Shown here piece by piece: positions 28,457 through 37,700 of a stretch of DNA of 40,177 nucleotides. The notes beneath the pieces are model-generated. The model ran no database searches and was not told the origin of the DNA. It worked only from the letters and a program-made list of their open reading frames with translations. A program made the translations under genes and the position numbers. Where the stretch lies: assembly GCA_002704685.1 (NCBI GenBank), contig PAHD01000013.1, positions 39,988 to 80,164 of the forward strand. Direction: 5' to 3'. Source of the stretch: Fidelibacterota bacterium. Its GTDB lineage: Bacteria > Fidelibacterota > Marinisomatia > SCGC-AAA003-L08 > D37C17. The stretch's first letter is position 1; each line of letters opens with the position of its first letter.

Positions 28457-29319
28457 AACCCTATTTACAATTAATTAAGATGAATATTACAATTTTGGTT
28501 GTTATTACTTCCTACTTAGGATATTATTTAGGTTTGAGATATGAAAACTTGATGATGATTGAGTATGAAAGTTGGATTGTTTTTTTATATTTAGTTGTAG
28601 GTACTTTTATTAGCTCTAGCGGAGCATGTATTTTAAACCAATATTTTGAAGTTGAATATGATAAAAAAATGGAAAGAACTAAGCTTAGGCCATTGCCAAC
28701 TAAAGAAATTGATTTAAATGTTGCTCTTATACTTGGCGTTTTACTTTCTTTTTTAGGACCATATATATTGCTTCAAATTAATCCTTTGACATCATTGATT
28801 TCATTTCTTACAATTTTCATTTATATAGTTATTTATACTCCACTAAAACGATTTTCATCAATCAATACAATTGTCGGAGCTGTTCCTGGTGCACTACCAC
28901 CGCTTGGAGGATGGGTTGCAGCTACAAATCAAATAAATTTAGAAGGAATGCTGCTTTTTGGGATTTTATTTTGTTGGCAGATTCCACATTTTTTATCTTT
29001 AGCAATAATTTATAAAAGAGATTATGAGAGAGGTGGGTTTAAAATGCTTCCAGTAATTGCAAAAAATTCTAATACTGTTAATTTCCAAATTATTTTTTTT
29101 ACAATGGCATTGATTTATTCATCAATCGGAATATACATATTAAATTTAACTTCCTTTATTTATGTATTTGGAGCTGTTGTTCTTGGGTTGATATTTTTAG
29201 TTTATTCATCTATGATAATTTTTGATCAATCAAGTAAAACTGTTAAAAATATTTTTATTTTTTCAATAATCTATTTACCGAGTTTATTAGTTTTAATACT
29301 AATTGATTCATTTTTTTAA
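28453..29319 (+). CDS. ctaB: Protohaem IX farnesyltransferase (haem O synthase)
   Basis: UbiA-family polytopic protein with ILNQYFEVEYDKKMERTKLRPLP, plus GAVPGALPPLGGW and WQIPHFLSLA. ATGA overlap with the upstream gene. Confidence 0.9.
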   Translation: MKPYLQLIKMNITILVVITSYLGYYLGLRYENLMMIEYESWIVFLYLVVGTFISSSGACILNQYFEVEYDKKMERTKLRPLPTKEIDLNVALILGVLLSFLGPYILLQINPLTSLISFLTIFIYIVIYTPLKRFSSINTIVGAVPGALPPLGGWVAATNQINLEGMLLFGILFCWQIPHFLSLAIIYKRDYERGGFKMLPVIAKNSNTVNFQIIFFTMALIYSSIGIYILNLTSFIYVFGAVVLGLIFLVYSSMIIFDQSSKTVKNIFIFSIIYLPSLLVLILIDSFF

Positions 29320-29321
29320 TT

Positions 29322-30338
29322 ATGAATATTGATAAAAAAATAATTATATGGATGAATATTAGTATAGGTGTTTTGTTTTTAATGATATTTATTGGTGGAA
29401 TGACTCGATTAACTGATTCTGGATTATCTATGGTTACATGGAAGCCATTAACTGGTGTTATTCCTCCTATTGGTAATGATGAGTGGGAATTTTCATTTAG
29501 TCAATATAAAGCATATCCTGAATATAAAATTATAAATTATAACATAACTTTAAGTCAATATAAATATATTTATTATTGGGAGTATATTCATAGAATGTTA
29601 GGTAGGTTGATCGGGTTTTTGTTCATAATACCATTTGGATACTTTTTGTATAAAAAATCTTTAAGTAATCAATTAATTAAAAGATTAATTATTGTTTTTA
29701 TTATGGGTGGATTTCAGGGTTTTTTAGGTTGGTATATGGTTAAAAGTGGGTTAGTAGATATTCCCCATGTTAGTCATTATAGGCTTGCTATTCATTTAAC
29801 AATGGCGTTTTTAATTCTTTCATATATATATAAGCTTAAATTGTCGATTTTGTTTACAAAGAATATTAAAAGAATTAAAGATGATGCATTTTATGGTAAA
29901 TTATTAACGCTTATACTAGTCTTGTTATTTATTCAGGTTGTATATGGAGCGTTTAATGCTGGTATAAAAACTGTAAATATTGTTAATGTATTCCCTTTTT
30001 ATAATGGAGGTTTTAAGTCTGCTTTTTTTGGTTTAGAAAAATCATTTTTTCTATTTTTTTTAGATAATGATTATGGAGTTCAATTCATCCATAGATCTTT
30101 AGCTTTTGCTCTAGTAGGTTTAATTTCTTTTTTTATTATTAAAATAAACAAGGTAACTGAAAGAATAAAGTTAGAAAATCAATACCTAGTGGTTTTAATT
30201 TCATTTCAATGTATTATTGGTATTTTGACTTTAGTTACAAAGGCTGCAGTTGTTTTTGCTATTCTACACCAATTTTTAGCTATTGTAACTATTCTTTTTG
30301 TAATTAAGATAAAACATAAATTGAGGTATGAAAATTAA
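29322..30338 (+). CDS. ctaA: Haem A synthase (COX15/CtaA family)
   Basis: IFIGGMTRLTDSGLSMVTWKP, EYIHRMLGR, HL and IHR histidine-bearing helices, 8 TM layout, and position immediately after ctaB. Confidence 0.85.
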   Translation: MNIDKKIIIWMNISIGVLFLMIFIGGMTRLTDSGLSMVTWKPLTGVIPPIGNDEWEFSFSQYKAYPEYKIINYNITLSQYKYIYYWEYIHRMLGRLIGFLFIIPFGYFLYKKSLSNQLIKRLIIVFIMGGFQGFLGWYMVKSGLVDIPHVSHYRLAIHLTMAFLILSYIYKLKLSILFTKNIKRIKDDAFYGKLLTLILVLLFIQVVYGAFNAGIKTVNIVNVFPFYNGGFKSAFFGLEKSFFLFFLDNDYGVQFIHRSLAFALVGLISFFIIKINKVTERIKLENQYLVVLISFQCIIGILTLVTKAAVVFAILHQFLAIVTILFVIKIKHKLRYEN

Positions 30339-30436
30339 TGAAGTCTGAAAATAAAAAAATTAGAGGATTGTATGCGATGATAATTTGCACAATTTTGACT
30401 TTAGCTTATTATATTATAGCTTTATACTATATCTAA
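30338..30436 (+). CDS. Candidate 32-aa single-TM mini-protein (MKSENKKIRGLYAMIICTILTLAYYIIALYYI)
   Basis: Hand-translated. The ATG overlaps the ctaA stop (TAATG) and its stop overlaps the next ATG (TAATG at 30434-30438). One clear hydrophobic helix follows a basic N-terminus. Confidence 0.4.
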   Translation: MKSENKKIRGLYAMIICTILTLAYYIIALYYI

Positions 30437-30774
30437 TGAAGAAAAAAAATCCTCAACATCCAAGGTTGTATTTAAGTTCAAAAATATCCTTTTCCTCAAA
30501 TAAAAAAATTTATAAATACTTATCGAATGAATTTATTGAACAAAATAGAGTTGTGAAGGAGGAGCATTGTTTCGATTGCAATCTATCTATTTTTGACAAA
30601 AACCGCTTTGAATACAATAAGTTGGAAAAATTTATTAAAATACAAAAAATTGTTTTAAAGAAGCATAAAAAAGATGGAAATTACGATGCAGAAAATATTG
30701 TAAAGTCAAGTATTATGTTAATGGAAGATTTTAGAAATGAATTTAATCAGTGGTTTAGCAAAAATCAGAATTAG
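30436..30774 (+). CDS. Hypothetical 112-aa soluble basic protein
   Basis: Same frame as track ORF 30385..30774. ATG 30436 is preferred because of the TAATG coupling. Only one CxxC (CFDC) is present and no family was recognised. Confidence 0.5.
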   Translation: MKKKNPQHPRLYLSSKISFSSNKKIYKYLSNEFIEQNRVVKEEHCFDCNLSIFDKNRFEYNKLEKFIKIQKIVLKKHKKDGNYDAENIVKSSIMLMEDFRNEFNQWFSKNQN

Positions 30775-30776
30775 TT

Positions 30777-30935
30777 ATGGAGTTTGAATGGCTTACAATA
30801 GAATGGTTGATGCGAAATCTTGACTGGATAGCAATAATTTTAGTAATCGCAATGTTGATTCTATTTTTATTCCCAGTTCTATTAGGTTATGATTTAAAAG
30901 AAAAAGCAGATAAAATGAAAAATAAGTATGATTAA
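30777..30935 (+). CDS. Candidate 52-aa single-TM mini-protein (MEFEWLTIEWLMRNLDWIAIILVIAMLILFLFPVLLGYDLKEKADKMKNKYD)
   Basis: Hand-translated. The ATG lies 2 nt after the previous stop. W-rich N-terminus, one TM helix, basic tail. Confidence 0.45.
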   Translation: MEFEWLTIEWLMRNLDWIAIILVIAMLILFLFPVLLGYDLKEKADKMKNKYD

Positions 30936-31074
30936 TTTAAATATAATAGTTTTCCTTTTATTTGTTTTTTTTATGATATCCATGAGTAAAATAATGTCTT
31001 TATCAAGGCAGGTAAGAAAAATAGAAAGAACATTGAATCACTTAAAAAAGAAAAAGAAAGTTGAAAAGAAATAA
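30928..31074 (+). CDS. Candidate 48-aa single-TM mini-protein (MINLNIIVFLLFVFFMISMSKIMSLSRQVRKIERTLNHLKKKKKVEKK)
   Basis: Hand-translated. It overlaps the previous ORF by 8 nt (ATGATTAA). N-terminal TM helix with a strongly basic tail. Confidence 0.4.
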   Translation: MINLNIIVFLLFVFFMISMSKIMSLSRQVRKIERTLNHLKKKKKVEKK

Positions 31075-31201
31075 ATTGAACTACTTTGTCTTAACTTCAT
31101 TTTACTCTAAAAAGTTTTATTTGTTGTATAATTTTAATATTATTAATAGATTAAATCGTGCAAAACGTGCAAATTATATTAATTAAAATATAAGTAAAAT
31201 A

Positions 31202-32071
31202 ATGAAAGAAAAGTCCAGTATTAATGAAGAAATGACTAATTCAAGTAAAGTTTATGCTTTATTTTATTCATTTTTTTTAATTCCTTTAATGATAACCATT
31301 TTTGGTATTCTTTTTTTCTTTCTGTTTGAAATACTAACATACGAAGAGCAAGATCCGCAGCATTTGCTAAACAATATTAAATCAGGATCACTTACTAAGA
31401 GATGGCAATCTGCGTATGAATTATCAAATTTAATGAAAGATCCTGAGAAAGTACCTCTAAGTGATATGTTTGTTAATCAAATGATTTCAATGTACGAAAA
31501 ATCAGTTTATGATGATGATCGAGTTAGAACCTACTTAGCTCTTGCGATGGGTCAAACAAACAACATTAAATTTGGTAACACATTATTGAATGGTTTAGAC
31601 GATCAGGTTCTAGAGAATAGAATAGCTGCAATAAAATCATTAGGTATGATCAAGTTTAGTCCATCTGTTGATAAATTAAATAAAATTTCAATATCTGATG
31701 CTGATATTCAAGAAAGATTAGCAGCTGTTATTTCTTTAGGGGAAATTGGAAATAAGAGTTCAGAAAATTTTTTAGTTTCATTGCTAGACGATGAAGAGCC
31801 AAATATTAGATGGGATTCTGCTGTTGCATTAATAAAGATGAATAATTTATCTGGAGTTGAAGTTCTTGAAAAGCTGTTAGATAGAAATTATTACACTAAT
31901 TATTCTAATATTGATATTAATGAAATTAATAATACAATGCTTACTATTTTAGCTCTTGTATCAAAATACCCTAATAAAGCTTTTGAAGATGAGGTGAGAA
32001 TATTAGCTGAAGATGATGAAAATGTAAAAATAAAAGAATTTTCTATGAAAATTATTAGTGAACATTACTAG
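31202..32071 (+). CDS. Membrane-anchored HEAT/PBS-lyase-type repeat protein
   Basis: N-terminal TM (VYALFYSFFLIPLMITIFGILFFFLF) followed by repeated HEAT-like units (RWQSAYELSNL; VRTYLALAMGQ; NRIAAIKSLGMI; ERLAAVISLGEIG; LLDDEEPNIRWDSAVALIKM). Confidence 0.75.
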   Translation: MKEKSSINEEMTNSSKVYALFYSFFLIPLMITIFGILFFFLFEILTYEEQDPQHLLNNIKSGSLTKRWQSAYELSNLMKDPEKVPLSDMFVNQMISMYEKSVYDDDRVRTYLALAMGQTNNIKFGNTLLNGLDDQVLENRIAAIKSLGMIKFSPSVDKLNKISISDADIQERLAAVISLGEIGNKSSENFLVSLLDDEEPNIRWDSAVALIKMNNLSGVEVLEKLLDRNYYTNYSNIDINEINNTMLTILALVSKYPNKAFEDEVRILAEDDENVKIKEFSMKIISEHY

Positions 32072-32117
32072 AACATTATTAAATTAAAACTCTGGCATAT
32101 ACAACTTTTTAATATAA

Positions 32118-32798
32118 ATGAACTTAACACAAGAAGAAAAGAACAAATTAATTAGTGCAAAAGATGAATCTCAATGGTTTAAAATCATTGATGAAATAAA
32201 ACTTGTAAGAAATGGCTTGTATCCTAATAATCTAGCGAGGGAAGTACTTGCTATTTACGACAACAAGTTTCCAGTTAATAATTATCCAGAATTTAAAGAA
32301 GCTAAACAGTCAAAAATGAATAGAAAATCATTTTTGTCAACATTGAGTGTTGCTTGGTTAGCATTTGCTGCAGCAACTGGTGGTTTTTTAACTGTTTTAG
32401 TTAGATTCTTATTTCCTAATGTTTTATTTGAACCACCTCAATCCTTCAAAATTGGATTTCCTGAGGATTTTGAACCTGGTAAAGTAGACTTAAGATTCAA
32501 AAAAGAATATAATGTTTGGATAGTAAGAGATGATGAAAAAATTACAGCCTTATCAACTGTCTGTACTCATTTGGGTTGTACCCCTAATTGGCAGGAAACT
32601 GATCGTAAGTTCAAATGTCCTTGTCATGGTAGTGGCTTTAGGTCAACTGGTATCAATTTTGAAGGTCCAGCTCCAAGACCATTAGAAAGATTCAAGATTG
32701 GTTTAGCTAACGATGGTCAAATTATTGTTGATAAAACAAAATTATTTAAATATGAAAAAGGCGAATGGAATAGATCTGAGTCTTTTTTAAAGGTTTAA
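32118..32798 (+). CDS. Rieske [2Fe-2S] subunit of a cytochrome bc-type complex
   Basis: Cluster-binding boxes CTHLGCTPNW and CPCHGSGF. A TM anchor (LSVAWLAFAAATGGFLTVLV) is preceded by NRKSFL. There is an unusual N-terminal extension of about 66 aa; the alternative start is ATG 32316. Confidence 0.9.
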   Translation: MNLTQEEKNKLISAKDESQWFKIIDEIKLVRNGLYPNNLAREVLAIYDNKFPVNNYPEFKEAKQSKMNRKSFLSTLSVAWLAFAAATGGFLTVLVRFLFPNVLFEPPQSFKIGFPEDFEPGKVDLRFKKEYNVWIVRDDEKITALSTVCTHLGCTPNWQETDRKFKCPCHGSGFRSTGINFEGPAPRPLERFKIGLANDGQIIVDKTKLFKYEKGEWNRSESFLKV

Positions 32799-32810
32799 CG
32801 GAGATTAATT

Positions 32811-33599
32811 ATGTCAGATAAGAAAAAATCAATATTAGATTATTTAAATGAGTCAATGGTTTGGAAGTCGATTTTTAGATCTGGTGTTCCAAGAACTAGA
32901 AGGCAAAGAATGTATGCAGTTTTAGGTAATGTTTTTTTACATCTTCATCCAGCAAGGCTTCCAAAGCATGCTGTTAAGGTTGGCTATACTTGGTGTATGG
33001 GAGGATTGTCTTTTTTCTTATTTGTTGTACTGACAATCACTGGCATTTTACTGATGTTTTATTACAGGCCAACTGTTGAGTATGCATTTACTGACATTAT
33101 AGATTTAGGAGAACAAGTACCTCTTGGAATTATGAGAGAAATTCATAGATGGGGTGCCCATTCAATGGTTTTAACAACATGGTTACATATGCTAAGAGTA
33201 TTTATGACAGGTTCATATAAACCTCCAAGAGAGTTTAATTGGGCTGTAGGTGTTATTTTAATGACACTAACTTTATTATTGAGTTTCACTGGATATCTTC
33301 TTCCTTGGGATCAGTTAGCTATATGGGCTGTGACTGTTGGTTCAAACATGGCAAGAGCAACACCATTTTTGGGACATGAGGGTCCAGGTGCTTCACTTCT
33401 TGCTATTGGAGATGTGAATTTAGTCCATTCAGGGTCAGATGTTAGATTTGCTCTTTTAGGTGGTAGATTTGTTGGTGAAGCAACATTATTAAGATTTTAT
33501 GTTCTACATTGTATCGCTGTTCCATTTGTTGCTATGATATTTATGGCAGTTCATTTTTGGAGAATTAGAAAAGATGGAGGTATATCAGGTCCTTTATAA
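32811..33599 (+). CDS. Cytochrome b, N-terminal (b6-like, haem-binding) subunit
   Basis: 262 aa with 4 TM. Conserved His-bearing helices (FLHLHPARL..., REIHRWGAHSMVLTTWLHMLRVF, and HC/HFWRIRKDGGISGP at the end), as in split cytochrome b6. Confidence 0.9.
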   Translation: MSDKKKSILDYLNESMVWKSIFRSGVPRTRRQRMYAVLGNVFLHLHPARLPKHAVKVGYTWCMGGLSFFLFVVLTITGILLMFYYRPTVEYAFTDIIDLGEQVPLGIMREIHRWGAHSMVLTTWLHMLRVFMTGSYKPPREFNWAVGVILMTLTLLLSFTGYLLPWDQLAIWAVTVGSNMARATPFLGHEGPGASLLAIGDVNLVHSGSDVRFALLGGRFVGEATLLRFYVLHCIAVPFVAMIFMAVHFWRIRKDGGISGPL

Positions 33600-34717
33600 T
33601 GATTGAGAATATTAAAAATACTATTGATTATCTTTCTACTCCGACCATCTCTTTTACAATATTGACTGTAATATTTCCTTTTTTATTTCCTCCAACTGAT
33701 TGGTTTGATAAAGTAAGTAGAAAGTTTGGAATCTGGAGAATATGGACTAACCCAGGTGGAGTAGTAATATTTGTAGTTACAACTGCCTTTTTTTATTTAG
33801 GATTCAAGGATGAAAATTTTAGTATTATTTTAAATAAGCCTGATAATTTTCCAATTATTATGATGATTTATACCATGTTTTTCTATACTTGGTATGGTAT
33901 GAAAAAATCTTATATAAATGATCGACGTTTAGAAAGAGGAAAAAAACCCAATGAGTACAATGACCCTGAAGATAAAGTATTAGTATGGCCAGACCTTGTT
34001 TATATCGAATTTATTGCATTATTACTTTTTTCAGTTTTTTTAATTGTTTGGTCTATACTTGTCGCTGCTCCTTTAGAAGAACCAGCTAATCCATCTGTTA
34101 CTCCTAATCCTTCAAAAGCACCTTGGTATTTCTTAGGTTTACAAGAAATGTTAGTATATTTTGATCCATGGTTAGCTGGAGTTTTATTTCCTACATTTAT
34201 TATTTTAGGTATGTGTGCAATACCGTATATGGATATAAATAAAAAAGGTGATGGATATTATTCTTTTAAAGAAAGAAGAGTTGGTTATTTTATTTTTATG
34301 TACGGTTGGTTAGCTTTATGGACATATTTGATTGTTATTGGTACTTTCTTTAGAGGACCCAACTGGAATTTTTATGGTCCGTTTGAATGGTGGGACCCTC
34401 ACAAACTTGAAGTTTTGAATAATGTTAATTTATCTGAATATTTTTGGGTCATACTTTTAAATCAACCATTACCCTCAAATGTTTTACTTAGAGAGTCAAT
34501 TGGTTTTATTGTAACAGGACTTTATTTGTTTGTTTTACCTATATTCCTTGCAAAGACTTATCTTAAAAATATGCTTAAAGAGTATGGTCCTGTTAGGTAT
34601 GTTTTTTTAATGTTGATGGGACTGTCAATGCTTGCGCTTCCAATTAAGATGTATTTAAGATGGTTTTTTAATTTGAAATACATTGTAGCAATTCCTGAAT
34701 ACTTTTTCAATATCTAA
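33599..34717 (+). CDS. Cytochrome b C-terminal (subunit IV-like) subunit with extra TM helices
   Basis: PNPSKAPWYFLGLQEMLVYF is the PEWY-type Qo-site motif region of cytochrome b C-terminal domains. At 372 aa it is much longer than the roughly 160-aa subunit IV of b6f. TAATG overlap with the b6-like gene. Confidence 0.85.
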   Translation: MIENIKNTIDYLSTPTISFTILTVIFPFLFPPTDWFDKVSRKFGIWRIWTNPGGVVIFVVTTAFFYLGFKDENFSIILNKPDNFPIIMMIYTMFFYTWYGMKKSYINDRRLERGKKPNEYNDPEDKVLVWPDLVYIEFIALLLFSVFLIVWSILVAAPLEEPANPSVTPNPSKAPWYFLGLQEMLVYFDPWLAGVLFPTFIILGMCAIPYMDINKKGDGYYSFKERRVGYFIFMYGWLALWTYLIVIGTFFRGPNWNFYGPFEWWDPHKLEVLNNVNLSEYFWVILLNQPLPSNVLLRESIGFIVTGLYLFVLPIFLAKTYLKNMLKEYGPVRYVFLMLMGLSMLALPIKMYLRWFFNLKYIVAIPEYFFNI

Positions 34718-34719
34718 TT

Positions 34720-37700
34720 ATGGATTATAAAAACGACGAAAGATATTGGAATATAAACTTACTAAATAAATGGTTTGCCATTGCTAGTATTCTTACACTT
34801 ATTTCAGTTGGATGGATGTTCTTACATGATAATGATGATGAATTCAAAGAATATCAAAGAGAATTTAGAAAGTTAGGAGCAGAGGTTGCAGAAACTAAAT
34901 TACTTGAAGAATTGAGTTTAGTCGAAGATGAAAGAGATATATATCAAGAAGCTTATGATGAAGAAAAAAATAAATTTGATGCAAACGGAGATAAATTAGA
35001 TTCTCTTAATAATCTACTTGTAGATGTAAAAGGAATTTTTTATAAATCTAATATGGATTATTTATTTTTTAAAGCAGAGTCTGATCAAAAAAAATATTTA
35101 TATGAAACAGAGCTAGCTCATTCACATGATGAGGACCATCATAATCATGAGGAATATAAATATAAAAATGAATATGAAACATCGCTTGTAACCCTGCAAG
35201 AATTAAAGTTAATTAAAGAAAAAGATGAAAAATTAGTTCTTGAAACTGAGGAAGAAATTAAAAATTTAAGTTCTAATTTAAAAGTTAAGGAAGATGAATT
35301 AAATAAATATTTAAAACAGGTTAGTTTACTTGAAATGAAAATTCAAAAATTAGATCGTTCAAAGATGTCTTTTGTAAATCAAATTGGAGATATTGTAAGA
35401 GATTTACCAATAATTGATTTTTTGGATCCTTATTATAAAGTTCACCAAATAGTAGCTCATGATGTTAAATATGATGTTAATTTTGCCTCCGTTCCAAGTG
35501 TTGATAGATGCACAAGTTGTCACTTAGGTATTGATAATCCAGATTTTGTTGATGCTCCTCAACCTTATACAACTCATCCAAGGCTTGACTTATACGTTTC
35601 TTCATCTTCGCCTCATACTATGGACCAATTTGGGTGTACAAGTTGTCATGCAGGAAGAGCAAGAGGAACATCTTTTATTTCATCATCTCATACTCCAGGA
35701 TCAAAAGAACAAGAAGATGAGTGGAAAGAAAAGTATGATTGGGAAAAAATACATCACTGGTTACAACCGATGTTACCTACTAAATATACCCAGGCAAGTT
35801 GTTTTAATTGTCATCAGAGTCAGCCTATAGTTGATGGTGGTGATAAATTAGCTTTAGGTTTGGGGTTAATAAGTACTTCTGGGTGCAATAATTGTCACCA
35901 TATTGAAACTTATCAGAAAGAATATAATGCAGGGCCCCCTCTTACTCATTTAGATCAAAAATTAGATAAAGAATGGGTTGCTAAATGGATTAAAAATCCT
36001 CAAAGTTTTAGGTACAATACATGGATGCCTCATTTTTTTGAGCAAGAAAATAATTCTAGTCCAGAAATGGTCAGAAGAAATAATTCTGAAATTTATGCTA
36101 TGACAGAGTATTTTTTCCCAGATGGCGGTCATGTCATGAATAATTCATCAGAGTTCATAGGAAATTATGAATCTGGTGAGAAATTATTTAACGCTGTTGG
36201 TTGCATGGGATGTCATCAGGTTAAAGATGAAAAAGTAGATATGACATTCGATGATTTACCATACGAAATGTTTATGTCAAAGTTTGGATACGAATCAGAA
36301 GAGATGACTCGATATGAGTTACTTAAAAACCAAGGTCCAAATTTGATTGGAGTTGGATCAAAATCTGATGCAGAATGGATATATAATTGGATTAAAAATC
36401 CTTCTGAATATTACCCTGAAACTAGAATGCCTGATATGAGATTAACTCATGAAGAAGCTGCTGATATTACTGCTTATTTATTAACTTTGAAAAATGAAGA
36501 GTTTGCAAAATTACCTAGTTCTTACTATGACCAAGAAGAAATGAATAATATAGCTAAAGGATGGATGGTTAAAGCTTTTGCTGAAGAAGAGGCTATTGAA
36601 AAACTAAACAGGATGTCTGAAAAAGAAGTCATTAATTATGTTGGTACAAAAAGTATTAACTATTATGGATGTTATACATGCCACAGTATTAAAGGTTTTG
36701 AAAATGGTAAGCCCATTGGTGCAGAGTTAACATATGAGGGTTCGAAGCCTCTAAATACATTAGATTTTGGCCATATACATTTTATTGGTCATAATAACTA
36801 TTCTTGGTTTGAACAGAAATTAGCAAATCCAAGAATTTTTGATCGAGATAAAATAGTTGCTCCTGAAGATAAATCTAGAATGCCTAATTATTACTTTAAA
36901 CCAGAAGAAATTGAAGCAATTACAACTGCAATATTAGGTTTTAATAATAATAAGTTTTCAGATAATATGCTTATTGAAAATCTTGTAGATGATAAAAATG
37001 TTTTTAAAGGTTACTCTTTAATTCAGCAGTATAATTGTCAAGGTTGTCATATGATTGATGATTTTGGTGGTCAAATTGTTGATTTGCTTGGTCAAGATTA
37101 TGGTCCACCTAATCTAAATACTCAAGGTATCAAAACTCAACCAGATTGGTTATATAAATTTTTCAAAAATCCAATTACAATAAGACCAAGTTTACAAGTA
37201 AGAATGCCATCGTTTACTATGCTTTCAGATGATGATTGGAATTCTTTAATAGGTTCTTTGCAACATTTAGAAAATCATAAGCTGGCATTTGAAAGCGATT
37301 TAATTGTAGATAAACATAGTATAGAATTTAAAGCAGGTGAAAAGCTTCATGAATTTGGTGCATGTAATAATTGTCATTTTTATGGTGAGATTAAGCCTGT
37401 TCAAGGTCCAGCATCTTGGGCTCCTAATTTAGCAATGACTAAAGAAAGGTTAAGACCTGAGTGGGTTATTGAATGGTTGAGAAATCCGCAGGCAATTATG
37501 CCTGGTACAAAAATGCCAGCAGTTTATTTACCAACTTCTGATATCTTAGAAGCTGATGGTGCAGAACAAGTCTGGGGTTCTGAGTTAGTTGAGCTTAAAG
37601 GAAATAATGATTTAATGCTTAAAGGAATTACTGATTACATCTATACTATACCTGGAAAAACAGATATAACCAAAATAGTTAAAGAATATTTCAAAACAAA

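Noticed and set aside
24597-30338. hisC, flavin reductase, acetoacetyl-CoA synthetase, ctaB and ctaA, joined by overlapping or near-abutting junctions (2 nt between ctaB and ctaA), read as a functional pathway
   Set aside because: The overlaps (11, 8 and 4 nt) are real, but the functions are unrelated. Tight packing of unrelated genes is typical of streamlined genomes and is seen across the whole window. No pathway inference is justified.
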